This document shows, piece by piece, positions 9,923 to 19,798 of a stretch of DNA of 64,000 nucleotides. The stretch comes from an uncultured Candidatus Bathyarchaeia archaeon (GTDB taxonomy: Archaea; Thermoproteota; Bathyarchaeia; 40CM-2-53-6; CAVXDP01). Below the pieces are notes generated by a model, which searched no databases, was not told where the DNA came from, and worked only from the letters and a program-made list of their open reading frames with translations. A program made the position numbers and the translations under genes. Each line of letters opens with the position of its first letter. Within the stretch, counting starts at the first letter, position 1. Where the stretch lies: assembly GCA_964562925.1 (NCBI GenBank), contig CAZLVF010000004.1, positions 1,955 through 65,954 on the forward strand. Direction: 5' to 3'.

Positions 9923-11608
9923 TCAGCGTGCTTCTTCGCGCAGGGTTATACTCGTGCTCTCAAGAGCCTCTCTCGCTCTTGCTATCCTCTTCCTGAGATC
10001 GACCATAACGGTCTCGTATGTATCTTTCGTGATCTTTCCTGAACGGTATTGAGTTCTGACTTGAGCCTCACTAGCTCTCGCAGCATCTATCTCCGCCTCC
10101 GCCTTATCCATCCTCCTGATCATCTCATCGTACCTTGTAGCTACGGATCTCAACCCATCCTTAACCGAGGCTAGAGACCTGTTCATCTCATCCAACCTGA
10201 GGTCGATGGCTTTCTTCCTGCGTCTAAAATCATGCTTTGAGACTCCTCCTCGCATGAGATCTTCCTCTATCTTTTCAAGCTCAAGTTTCAAGGCCGTCCT
10301 CTCATCATACATTCCAATGAACCTTCGAATCGTCTCAACGGGCGCGGCGACTGTTGGTGTAACTCTCTTTCCCCTAGAAGCTACTAGAAACACGCATATG
10401 ACCAACTCAAGAGCGGCTATCAAAGTGATAGGTTTGAAGGCTGCCCAGAAGCTTAGGTACTTGTACTCCATCTTGAAAGTGAGGTTGTGGAGAGGGGTCA
10501 CTCCCCTAAGGTCGAACGATAAGATCGTCTTTCCATCCTCGACGTACGTAGAGTTTGGATGCTGCGTACTCTGTTGGAGAGTCATCCCCTCCTCCATGAG
10601 TACGCGAACCCTCAGTTTCTCCACCGTCCATGGGTGACTAGTTAAGAAGTCGAAGGTGAAGGCATACAACCCCCACCATTCCTCCTGCTTTACATATCCG
10701 CTAGCGGGCAATCGATAACTCAAGGTGAAAGTGAAATTCTCATCCCCTCTTATCGTGCCATAACGCGGAGAGACAGCGGCCTCGGTCTCGTCTTGGACCT
10801 CGTTCCACAGTGGGCCTCCGAGATCATAGGCCATAACCTTGGACGCGCCTTTCGGCAGCTGTATTGTAAGAGAGGTTATGCTTGCCGCAAGGTTCCTTGT
10901 GGCGTATGTATCTGACACGTAAACGTAGCCGTCGCGGCCAAAGCTGATCTCCCTCTCAACAGACTTGAACCTCACGAACTGGATTGAGACGGACGTAAAG
11001 TTGAATGACATTGAGAGGGCCCTGTTTGGCTCCAGCGGCTTGAAAGTATGAACCAGAGACGGCAGTCCTCCGATGTCCACTTGACTAAAAGTAAAGTTCG
11101 GTGGGAGAAATGTTGCAGAACCTGTGGGTAACAGGATGGTTACTTCGCATACGTCCGCTCCATCTGCGAGGCTAGGCGTATCAGCAAACCTATAGATGAA
11201 TGTGCCTTCCACATATCTTATGATGTTATCAACGACCATTACTGAGCTGAAGTTATATGACTCCTGCGCTCGGACCGGAGTTGGAAACTTGAAGTTCATC
11301 CAATATATCGATGAAGAAGGTTTCACATCTTTCTCGATCGTTACACCTTCTTGATACTGATCTATAGATGAAATGTAGTTTAGGTCCTTGGCGTATTCTA
11401 TGGGGATGCCTACCATGACCTCTGTGACCGGTTCAGTCCCAAGATTGCGGACGGTGACTGTATCGTTAATGGCTGCGACGCCCCACTCGTTGATGAATAT
11501 TCTTCGATTGACCGCTAGACTGTAAGAGCTGGCCGGGCTCGAGGCGACAGATGCCGCTAGGGAAAGCAACAGGATAGCAGAGAGGACTATCACCAGCGGC
11601 CTTCGCAA
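9923..11608 (-). CDS. Surface-exposed membrane protein with signal peptide, one TM helix and a cytoplasmic coiled coil; many N-x-S/T sequons
   Basis: Signal peptide MRRPLVIVLSAILLLSLAASVAS. A TM segment ITLIAALELVICVFLVA lies near residue 400. The C-terminal ~150 aa are heptad-rich with charged residues. Confidence 0.45.
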   Translation of the reverse strand: MRRPLVIVLSAILLLSLAASVASSPASSYSLAVNRRIFINEWGVAAINDTVTVRNLGTEPVTEVMVGIPIEYAKDLNYISSIDQYQEGVTIEKDVKPSSSIYWMNFKFPTPVRAQESYNFSSVMVVDNIIRYVEGTFIYRFADTPSLADGADVCEVTILLPTGSATFLPPNFTFSQVDIGGLPSLVHTFKPLEPNRALSMSFNFTSVSIQFVRFKSVEREISFGRDGYVYVSDTYATRNLAASITSLTIQLPKGASKVMAYDLGGPLWNEVQDETEAAVSPRYGTIRGDENFTFTLSYRLPASGYVKQEEWWGLYAFTFDFLTSHPWTVEKLRVRVLMEEGMTLQQSTQHPNSTYVEDGKTILSFDLRGVTPLHNLTFKMEYKYLSFWAAFKPITLIAALELVICVFLVASRGKRVTPTVAAPVETIRRFIGMYDERTALKLELEKIEEDLMRGGVSKHDFRRRKKAIDLRLDEMNRSLASVKDGLRSVATRYDEMIRRMDKAEAEIDAARASEAQVRTQYRSGKITKDTYETVMVDLRKRIARAREALESTSITLREEAR

Positions 11609-11675
11609 GTTCTGCTCACCCGAGTGAAAGTTTCCCTAGAGTAGAATACGAGGTCTATTTATCTATTCTCCACTT

Positions 11676-12485
11676 TCATAATCTTCGTCTGAGCAGAGAA
11701 CGCCAGTCTCTAGGAGTTGTTTTAAGTTTCTTCGCTGGTACCCCGACGTAGACAGTTCTGTCAGGGACGTTACGCGTTACCACGGCTCCTGATCCAACCA
11801 CCGCCATCCTTCCTACACGAACCCCAGGCATCAGGGTAGAGTTTCCGCCTATCGCAGAGCCTTCTCCCACAGTCGGTCCGATCAGCCTAGGCTTCTTGAG
11901 CATCATATACTTATCATTCAGGAATACACATCTGGGGCCGAGAAAGACTCGATCGGCGACAGCCGATCGTCTACAGATGTAGGCATCTGTTTGAATTGAT
12001 ACGTCCTCTCCGATGCTAGATTCGCCATCTATCACTACCCCTGTTCCAACTAGGGTTCGCTCGCCGATAGCGACGTTCTCTCTCACAACCACGTTATGTC
12101 CGAATTCAACCTTCGAACCTATCCTCGATGGCGAATAGATTACGCACCCTTGTCTGATCGTACAGTCATCTCCCACCACGACGCGTCTTCGGTAGTCTGA
12201 TGCTATACCCTCACCTGTGAGTATTCTTTTCAATCTCTTCCTGTCCAAGTGGCCCAGTGTACAGTTTGAACCGATATAGACGCGGTCGCCAACATCGACG
12301 CTACCACAGAAAGTTACGTTCGACTCTACCCAAACATGATCTCCCAACACCACATTACCCATCAGCCTGGATCCAAATCCTATCCTACATCCCTTCCCTA
12401 TCCTCGCTCGGGAATCGATCTGGACCGTAGGATCTATGTTACATCTGGCTCCGATCCTAGGCTTCTTGGAGACATCTGAACACAA
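11676..12485 (-). CDS. Left-handed beta-helix (hexapeptide-repeat) acyl/acetyltransferase
   Basis: Tandem [LIV]G-x-x-x-x hexapeptide repeats run through the whole protein. Confidence 0.7.
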   Translation of the reverse strand: MCSDVSKKPRIGARCNIDPTVQIDSRARIGKGCRIGFGSRLMGNVVLGDHVWVESNVTFCGSVDVGDRVYIGSNCTLGHLDRKRLKRILTGEGIASDYRRRVVVGDDCTIRQGCVIYSPSRIGSKVEFGHNVVVRENVAIGERTLVGTGVVIDGESSIGEDVSIQTDAYICRRSAVADRVFLGPRCVFLNDKYMMLKKPRLIGPTVGEGSAIGGNSTLMPGVRVGRMAVVGSGAVVTRNVPDRTVYVGVPAKKLKTTPRDWRSLLRRRL

Positions 12486-12582
12486 CGTTCGAAACTCAAC
12501 CCTAGAAAAGGGGTCTTACCACAGTAGAGGAACCCTTGGGACAGTAGTTCTCCTGCTATTTGAAGAGGTTGGGGAATCCATT

Positions 12583-12918
12583 TCATTCGGTCAATGTAAC
12601 GCCACACTTGAAACAGTACTTTGAGTCCACAGGGTTCTTTGCCTTGCAGTTTGGACAGGCCCTCTCGACCACCGGCGCAACCTCTAAGTCTTGAACGGAC
12701 TTGACGAGGACGACGTCTCCTATCCTCTCTATCTTGTCGAATGAGAGAAAGCCCTCCTGTATCTTACCTTTCTCCATTGTATGCTCAACAACCAAGGCCA
12801 CTTTCCCTTCCAATGAGTAGGCGAGATCCTTAACCGTGCCAACCTTCTTCGCCTCAGATTCTATAACCTCTTTCCCCACCAACTCCTCTCGCCGATGATA
12901 TTTCGTCAACCTTCGCAC
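12583..12918 (-). CDS. PRC-barrel domain protein with C-terminal zinc ribbon
   Basis: PRC-barrel-like core plus CPNCKAK...CFKCG. Confidence 0.5.
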   Translation of the reverse strand: MRRLTKYHRREELVGKEVIESEAKKVGTVKDLAYSLEGKVALVVEHTMEKGKIQEGFLSFDKIERIGDVVLVKSVQDLEVAPVVERACPNCKAKNPVDSKYCFKCGVTLTE

Positions 12919-13140
12919 CCTTTACTCAACCACTCTGATAGTCTCATTGAAATAATTAAAAGATGCGCTGGCCCCTTACGATACGTCGCTTTAATTGCTC
13001 CTAGACATGAGACACTCTTCTGATGCGCTCTTGCGGTTTTACAACGCCCTCTGCCCTAGAAAGGAGCCGAATACCGTAATGGATAAAACGTACTGCAAAA
13101 GAAAGATCAGCCAATTTGAACCGAGCCCCAGAGGCTAATC

Positions 13141-14532
13141 TTGTTGGATAAGGCGCATCCATACCTTCCGACCGGCGTAGAAACGATAGAGAAAGATATG
13201 ATGGCAGCCATCGGAATCAACAGCATCGAAGAACTCTTCAAGGACATACCCGACTCGGTCAGGTTGAATAGAAAACTAAAATTGCCAGGCATGATATCTG
13301 AGTTCGAAGTAAGGGAGAAAATCCGTAGGCTTCTAGAAAGAAATGTTTCAGGCCAAGATATGCCGATCTTTCTTGGCGGGGGAGTCTGGCCTCACTACGT
13401 CCCGGTCGTGGTAGACGAGATAGTTAACCGCTCAGAGTTCCTCACAACATACACACCCTACCAAGCCGAGGCCTCGCAGGGCATACTCCAAGCGTTCTTT
13501 GAATATCAAAGCATGATATGCGAGCTGACGGGGATGGATGCTGCCAACTGCTCCCTCTACGATTGGGCAAGTGCCGTTGGAGAAGCTGCCAGAGCGGCTG
13601 TTAGGGTGAATCATAGAAGCGAGATAATCTACCCTCACTACATCCATCCTGAGAGGCTTGGAACGCTAAGAACCTACGCGGAACCGGCAGGTATAGACAC
13701 GGTTGAGGTTGAACAAGACAAGAAGACCGGACAGATTATCCTAGAAGACTTGAAGAAGAAACTGACGGAGAAAACGGCGGCTGTATACATCGAGAACCCT
13801 TCATACCTAGGCTTTTTCGAAGAGGGTGTAGACGAGATCTCAGATCTGACACATAAGAACGAGTCCATACTGATAGTTGGAGTCGACCCGATATCGCTCG
13901 GAATCCTGAAGCCTCCCGGAGAATATGGAGCCGACATAGTTGTCGGCGAGGGACAACCACTGGGAAACGCGATGAACTACGGCGGCCCACTGATCGGGAT
14001 CTACGCATGCAATGGCGATAAGCTGCTTAGACAAATGCCTGGACGAATTGTCGGAATGACAACTACTACTGACGGAAAGCAGAGAGCCTACTGTATGGCC
14101 CTCTCAACCAGAGAGCAACACATTAGACGGGAGAAGGCCACATCAAATATATGCACGAATGAAGCGCTTTTGTCCGTGGCTGCCAGCGTCTACCTCTCAC
14201 TTCTTGGCCCTCATGGCCTCAAAGACCTCTGTACCACGATAGTAACAAAGTCTCATTACGCAATGAAGAGGCTAGGCGAGATACGTGGGATAAAGGCACC
14301 TGCCTTCGAGGCTTCCCATTTCAAAGAGTTTACGGTCAACTTTGACAAGGCGAAGATGAAGGCGAGAGATGTTCATCGAAAACTTCTCAAGGAAGGCGTT
14401 CATGGTGGCAAGATCATTAAGAACGAGTTCCCCGAATTGGGCGAGTCAGCATTATACTGTGTCACGGAAGTTCACTCGAAGAGCGACATCGATAAGTTGA
14501 CAGACGCTCTAAGAAAGATTGTGAGGGGTTAG
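13141..14532 (+). CDS. gcvPA: Glycine dehydrogenase (decarboxylating) subunit 1
   Basis: The N-terminus matches GcvPA (HPYLP...EELFKDIP); the size is typical. The called start codon is TTG. Confidence 0.85.
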   Translation: MLDKAHPYLPTGVETIEKDMMAAIGINSIEELFKDIPDSVRLNRKLKLPGMISEFEVREKIRRLLERNVSGQDMPIFLGGGVWPHYVPVVVDEIVNRSEFLTTYTPYQAEASQGILQAFFEYQSMICELTGMDAANCSLYDWASAVGEAARAAVRVNHRSEIIYPHYIHPERLGTLRTYAEPAGIDTVEVEQDKKTGQIILEDLKKKLTEKTAAVYIENPSYLGFFEEGVDEISDLTHKNESILIVGVDPISLGILKPPGEYGADIVVGEGQPLGNAMNYGGPLIGIYACNGDKLLRQMPGRIVGMTTTTDGKQRAYCMALSTREQHIRREKATSNICTNEALLSVAASVYLSLLGPHGLKDLCTTIVTKSHYAMKRLGEIRGIKAPAFEASHFKEFTVNFDKAKMKARDVHRKLLKEGVHGGKIIKNEFPELGESALYCVTEVHSKSDIDKLTDALRKIVRG

Positions 14533-14534
14533 CC

Positions 14535-16067
14535 ATGTCATTTCAACAAGCAAGATGGAACGAAGAGACGATCTTTGAGAGGTCAGCGACTGGTAAGGTT
14601 GGTTACGTAGCTCCAAAGCCCGATCCAGAAGAGATTGAGGCTATTGGCGACCCTACCCGGCTTGTTCCGAAGAAGCTTCTCAGAGAGAAACCTCCTCTCC
14701 TACCGGAAGTCTCAGAGGTCGAGGTGATGAGACACTACACCCGCCTCTCACAGCAGACGTATGCCGTGACCTTGGGCACGTATCCGCTGGGAAGCTGCAC
14801 CATGAAGTATGACCCGAAGGTCTGCGACGTTGTCGCGGCGACTTCTAAGCTTCAGCTTCTTCATCCATACCAAGATGCGTCCACGGTCCAAGGCATACTC
14901 CAAATACTGTACGAGCTCTCAGAGTTCTTGGCTGAGATAACTGGCACGACCAAGGTCTCGCTTCAACCCTCGGCCGGCGCGCATGGAGAGTTCACCGGGA
15001 CCATGATAATCAGAGCCTACCACAAATACAAGGGCGAGTTGGATAAACGTAGAGACATAATCATCCCAGACTCGGCGCATGGGACGAACCCCGCGAGCAC
15101 GGTCATGGCAGGTTTCAATGTGGTTGAGGTGCCATCCAACCCCGCCGACGGAACCGTAGATGTTGAGGCGCTAAGGTCGACGGTGGGACCTCGAACAGCT
15201 GGACTCATGATCACAAACCCGAACACACTTGGAGTCTTCGAAAAGAATATTGTAGAAATCTCCAAGATCACGCACGAGGCTGGAGGACTACTATACTACG
15301 ACGGAGCCAATATGAACGCTATCCTCGGAAAAAGCAGACCTGGCGACATGGGTTTCGATATAGTACATGTCAACACGCATAAGACGTTGGGCACCCCCCA
15401 TGGGGGAGGGGGGCCTGGCGCAGGTCCGGTAGGAGTCGTCGCAAGCCTTGAGAAGTTCCTGCCTGTGCCCACTGTTGAGTATGATGGAAAAAGATACTAT
15501 CTGGACTATGAGAGGCCCCACAGCATAGGAAAAATAAAGGGTTTCTATGGAAATATCAGTGTTCTTCTCAGAAGCTACGCTTACATACTAGCCTTGGGCA
15601 CGGAAGGCCTTAGGAGAGTGGCTGAGCTCTCGACGTTAAACGCGAACTACATCTGTAGGAGAGTCCTGAAGTCGAAAGGTTACACGTTGCCGTATGGACC
15701 GGAGAACCCGAGAAAGCATGAGTCCGTGATCAGTGCCGAAGAGATGTCGAGGGAAACAGGGGTTAGAGCGCTCAACGTCTCAAAGAGCCTCCTAGACGAT
15801 GGCCTCCATGCACCAACAAACTACTTTCCACTTATTGTGCATGAAGCATTGATGATCGAACCAACCGAGAGCGAGAGCAAGGAAGAACTCGACAAGTTCA
15901 TTGACTCCATGATCCGCATAAGCCAAGAAGCCTACAGCAACCCTGAGAAGGTCTTGAGTGCGCCGCAACACACAACAGTTACTAAGGTCGATGAAGTCAA
16001 AGCGTCGCATCCAAAGACGCTCTGCATAAACTGGAAAACATGCAGGCTCAGGTCGGAGGAGACCTAG
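14535..16067 (+). CDS. gcvPB: Glycine dehydrogenase (decarboxylating) subunit 2
   Basis: PLP-enzyme core with an HVNTHKT-type Lys motif and a Gly-rich HGGGGPGAGP loop. It sits immediately downstream of gcvPA. Confidence 0.85.
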   Translation: MSFQQARWNEETIFERSATGKVGYVAPKPDPEEIEAIGDPTRLVPKKLLREKPPLLPEVSEVEVMRHYTRLSQQTYAVTLGTYPLGSCTMKYDPKVCDVVAATSKLQLLHPYQDASTVQGILQILYELSEFLAEITGTTKVSLQPSAGAHGEFTGTMIIRAYHKYKGELDKRRDIIIPDSAHGTNPASTVMAGFNVVEVPSNPADGTVDVEALRSTVGPRTAGLMITNPNTLGVFEKNIVEISKITHEAGGLLYYDGANMNAILGKSRPGDMGFDIVHVNTHKTLGTPHGGGGPGAGPVGVVASLEKFLPVPTVEYDGKRYYLDYERPHSIGKIKGFYGNISVLLRSYAYILALGTEGLRRVAELSTLNANYICRRVLKSKGYTLPYGPENPRKHESVISAEEMSRETGVRALNVSKSLLDDGLHAPTNYFPLIVHEALMIEPTESESKEELDKFIDSMIRISQEAYSNPEKVLSAPQHTTVTKVDEVKASHPKTLCINWKTCRLRSEET

Positions 16068-16176
16068 ACCGAAGTAACAGTATGATATCGCAGGCAAGTA
16101 AGCGCTTATTCGAGTAGCCTCTGCAAAAGATTGATCAAAGACAAGATCCAGAAATCAAAAGAAAACGTGAACGAGC

Positions 16177-16467
16177 TTGCCGAAAGTTACAGTGAAATAT
16201 TTCGCTTCGCTGAGAGAGATCGCTGGCAAGAGAGAAGAGCAACTTGAGGTCGAGGATGAAACGACTATAGAGAGCCTACTCCAAAGACTTTCAAGGATGT
16301 ACGGGTCGAAGTTCGTGGATTATGTTTTTGATGAGAAGACAGGCGTACCTAGAGATCATCTCCAGTTTCTGATAGATGGGAAAAGCGCGACATCGCTTGA
16401 AGGGTTAAAGACGAGGATCACAGATGGCTGCCAATTCGCTATCATCCCTCCCGTGGGCGGAGGATAA
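16177..16467 (+). CDS. MoaD/ThiS/SAMP-like ubiquitin-fold sulfur-carrier protein ending in Gly-Gly
   Basis: 96 aa with a beta-grasp-like pattern and a C-terminal ...PPVGGG-stop. Confidence 0.65.
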   Translation: MPKVTVKYFASLREIAGKREEQLEVEDETTIESLLQRLSRMYGSKFVDYVFDEKTGVPRDHLQFLIDGKSATSLEGLKTRITDGCQFAIIPPVGGG

Positions 16468-16503
16468 GAATAGAAGACAAGCAGCGAGAGCACCCTGAGC
16501 TAG

Positions 16504-17796
16504 ATGACCAAGACAAGAGCTATTTACGTAGAGAACTACGGTTGCACTTCAAACAAGTATGACTTAGAGATCATGCTAGGGCTGCTAGAACAAGCCGGCC
16601 ATATGGTTGTGGCAGATCCCTCGGAAGCCGACGTCTTTCTCATAAACACATGTGCCGTGAAGAAAGCCAGTCAAGACAGGATGCTACATCGAATCGGTTC
16701 CCTGCGTGGTAAACCTCTGATAGTCTCCGGTTGCCTACCCAAGATAGACCTTAGAGCCATAGAAAGGGCCGCGCCCGACTACTACGCCGTTATGGACCCG
16801 CAGTCCATCGCTGGAATTGCAAACCTAGTTGAACATGCGGATCAAGCGCCGCGAAACCTGAAGCACTTCTCAGATAAGCCGCCTCTAAAGCCAACACTCC
16901 CCAAGATCAGAATGAATCGATTCGTGGAGATCGTTCAGATCGCCGAGGGATGCCTCGGAGATTGTTCATACTGCTGTGCAAGACTGGCAAGGGGGTGCCT
17001 AACCTCATTTCCAAAGAAATTGATCGTGGAACGAGTCGCCGACGCAGTCTCTTTTGGCGCACGGGAGATATGGCTGACGGCTCAAGATACCGGAGCCTAT
17101 GGAATTGATATGGACACAAACCTCACAGACCTCTTAGAAGATCTGATCCAGATACCTGGCGACTTCAAGTTACGGCTTGGGATGATGAACCCAAACTTTG
17201 CAGTAGACATGCTAGAAGACCTCTGCGAAATCCTAGAAAGTCCAAGAGCCTATAAGTTCCTACATGTCCCTGTCCAATCGGGCTCAGATGAAGTACTAAA
17301 GGATATGAGACGAAGGTATCAGGTAGACGAGTTCATACGCCTAGTCGAGAACATCCGTTCAAGAATTCCCAACATTACACTATCCACCGACTTAATCGTC
17401 GGCTACCCAACAGAGACGGATGAAGACTTTGAATTGACCATCGATCTACTAGATGAAACGAAGCCCGACATAACGAACATATCAAGATACACAAGGCGCC
17501 CCCGAACAACGGCAGCCCAACTTGATCCTATCCCCCCAAACATCGTAACAACAAGATGCAAGACTATCTCCATGATCGGCTCAAAGATGAGCCTCGAAAG
17601 CAACCGACGGATGATCCGGCAGATACACCAACTAACCGTCACAGACAAAACCCGACAAGGAAAACCGATCGGAAGAACAGACAACTACAAGAGGACCATA
17701 GTGAACGGAGACAAAGAGCTTGGAAGCGAGGTTGAGATCCAAGTAACATCCGCCCACAAACGCTACCTCGAAGCCGTTCCCACACATCAAGACTAA
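16504..17796 (+). CDS. mtaB: Radical-SAM methylthiotransferase (MiaB/MtaB/CDKAL1 family)
   Basis: N-terminal MTTase domain (YVENYGC..N), a radical SAM CxxxCxxC motif (CLGDCSYC), and a C-terminal TRAM-like region. Confidence 0.75.
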   Translation: MTKTRAIYVENYGCTSNKYDLEIMLGLLEQAGHMVVADPSEADVFLINTCAVKKASQDRMLHRIGSLRGKPLIVSGCLPKIDLRAIERAAPDYYAVMDPQSIAGIANLVEHADQAPRNLKHFSDKPPLKPTLPKIRMNRFVEIVQIAEGCLGDCSYCCARLARGCLTSFPKKLIVERVADAVSFGAREIWLTAQDTGAYGIDMDTNLTDLLEDLIQIPGDFKLRLGMMNPNFAVDMLEDLCEILESPRAYKFLHVPVQSGSDEVLKDMRRRYQVDEFIRLVENIRSRIPNITLSTDLIVGYPTETDEDFELTIDLLDETKPDITNISRYTRRPRTTAAQLDPIPPNIVTTRCKTISMIGSKMSLESNRRMIRQIHQLTVTDKTRQGKPIGRTDNYKRTIVNGDKELGSEVEIQVTSAHKRYLEAVPTHQD

Positions 17797-18073
17797 ACGA
17801 AGCGCAGACACGCTCAACGCTACCATGAAACTTGTCGAAAAGATCTGCCGTGGCTTCCCGAAGTATACACGATGGCGTCTTTGTCAGGAAATTGTAGGCT
17901 GTTCAGTTTATACATTAATCGTTTATGGTATTTCAATTGTATTTCTGTTTAATTACCAAGAGGTATATACACTCAGGCGACTCTATCTGGGTCCCACGTC
18001 GATCGGGACTATTCTGAGGTGTGGAACAATAATCCAGACGTCACGCGCGACCCGTTATGGTTTCGAGAATGTA

Positions 18074-19138
18074 GTGTGTTACGACTTGCTCAGATCAACA
18101 TTCTCGAGAGTTCGTGTTGTCGGCGTTGGAGGAGCTGGGAATAACATAGTCAATAAGCTTATGGAAGCTGGCGTGAGCGGAGCCCAGTGTGTAGCTGTTA
18201 ACACCGATCGCAGACACCTTGAGGCTGTTCGCGCTCATCAGAAGCTTCTGGTTGGTGCAAAGGTTGCTTCGGGCCTTGGTGCCTATGGTGATCCTGAGAT
18301 CGGGAGGAGAGCTGTTGAGGAATCGTTCGAGAGGATCGCCCCTATTTTCTGGGATGTGGACTTGGCTCTGATAGTGGCTGGTATGGGCGGGGGCACTGGA
18401 ACCGGGGCGGCTCCGTTGATAGCCGAGTTGGCTCGACAGAGCGGCACCGTGGTTGCAGGCATTGTGACTATGCCTTTTGAGAGTGCGAAGAGAGAGCGGA
18501 TGCTGGCTCTCCAGGGATTGGAGGCCATGAGCAGAACATGCGACACAACCCTCGTCATCGACAACAATCGACCCATCGAAACGATGCCCGGAATGGTTTC
18601 TCAAGCTGCCCTGCCATTGGCTGATAGTATCTTGGTCAACGTTTTGAAAGGCCTCTCAGAAACCGTTTCAACAAGAAGCCTCGTGAGAACAGAGCTTCGT
18701 GACGTAAAGAGTATTTTGAAGAGAGGTGGCATAGCGTTGGCAGGCCTCGGCGAGTCTGATTCCATATTCAGGGTTGAAGAGGCTGTTAGGAACGCAATCC
18801 AGTCGCCCTTCCTCGACGTAGACGGCAGGACCGCGAGTGGTGCCCTAGTTTACGTCACAGGAGATTCCTCCATGCTAACTTCCGAGGCTGCGCGCGTCGC
18901 AGAGGTCGTTGGTGAGATGTTACCGGTCGAAGCGCCCCTCATATGGGGCGCGCGAGTGGATCCGTCGCTTTGCTCCACCATGCGTGTGACGCTTGTCCTG
19001 ACAGGCTTGGACTACTGGCAGCAATATGTCGGAGGCTATCGAAGGATGCCCCTTGGCATCTACAACATGGAACCGGAAGTTGAGAAAGACCAGAGCCTAG
19101 ACATCGATCTTGATCTAGACCAGATCGAGTCAGAGTAA
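18074..19138 (+). CDS. ftsZ: Cell division GTPase FtsZ. The ORF-track start at 17825 is probably an artefact. The true start is likely a GTG or TTG near 18074–18086.
   Basis: GVGGAGNN, NTD, and the tubulin signature GMGGGTGTGAAP are all present, with an acidic C-terminal tail. The upstream ~250 nt is AT-rich, looks like a promoter, and has no FtsZ homology. Confidence 0.75.
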   Translation: MCYDLLRSTFSRVRVVGVGGAGNNIVNKLMEAGVSGAQCVAVNTDRRHLEAVRAHQKLLVGAKVASGLGAYGDPEIGRRAVEESFERIAPIFWDVDLALIVAGMGGGTGTGAAPLIAELARQSGTVVAGIVTMPFESAKRERMLALQGLEAMSRTCDTTLVIDNNRPIETMPGMVSQAALPLADSILVNVLKGLSETVSTRSLVRTELRDVKSILKRGGIALAGLGESDSIFRVEEAVRNAIQSPFLDVDGRTASGALVYVTGDSSMLTSEAARVAEVVGEMLPVEAPLIWGARVDPSLCSTMRVTLVLTGLDYWQQYVGGYRRMPLGIYNMEPEVEKDQSLDIDLDLDQIESE

Positions 19139-19335
19139 GGTCGCATGCTGATCGCAATCTCTCCCGCCGGCTAAGCTGGCCAGCCTCTGATAGCGAAATA
19201 CGGAAATTGGCAGCTCGCTCTCCGCTTGGAAAGCCTATTCCAAGAACTGACCGAAAGAGTTTATTACATCCAGTCAGCGTCTAAAGTCGCAAGACTTCAA
19301 ATCTTGCGTGTCAAAACTGACTGGAGCCTAGAGAC

Positions 19336-19797
19336 TTGGGATTGGTCAACTGGGCTAGGCGTAAGAGCCCCTGGCTCGTCCATTTCAATACAGGGGGATG
19401 CAACGCCTGTGATATTGAGGTATTAGCCGCTCTGATGCCTCGTTACGATCTGGAACGGTTTGGTGCCATACTAAAGGGGAGCCCGAGGCACGCGGACGTT
19501 CTAGTTGTCACGGGACCGGTGAATATGCAGAACAGGGATAGAATAATCAGGATATACGAACAGATGCCTTCCCCAAAGTTTGTCGTCTCGGTCGGTAACT
19601 GCTGTAATAGCTCAGGAGTCTACAGAGGCGCCTACAACGTGTACCCTGGTCTAGATTCTGTAATCCCGGTCGACGCCTATGTCTATGGCTGCCCGCCGAA
19701 ACCTGAGGCGATAATCCACGGCGTCGCGGCACTGCTATCAAAGATAAAAGAAGCAGGGCAACCCCCTAAGGAAACGACTCAGGAGGTGACCGCGTAG
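19336..19797 (+). CDS. [NiFe] hydrogenase small subunit, group-4 / NuoB-like
   Basis: The proximal-cluster ligand pattern is GGCNACD ... GNCC ... GCPP. Confidence 0.7.
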   Translation: MGLVNWARRKSPWLVHFNTGGCNACDIEVLAALMPRYDLERFGAILKGSPRHADVLVVTGPVNMQNRDRIIRIYEQMPSPKFVVSVGNCCNSSGVYRGAYNVYPGLDSVIPVDAYVYGCPPKPEAIIHGVAALLSKIKEAGQPPKETTQEVTA

Positions 19798-19798
19798 G

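Noticed and set aside
17825-18073. The N-terminal 83-aa extension of FtsZ in the ORF track
   Set aside because: The segment is AT-rich and promoter-like. It has no FtsZ homology, and FtsZ normally begins ~10 aa before GxGGxGxN. Internal GTG/TTG starts are more plausible.
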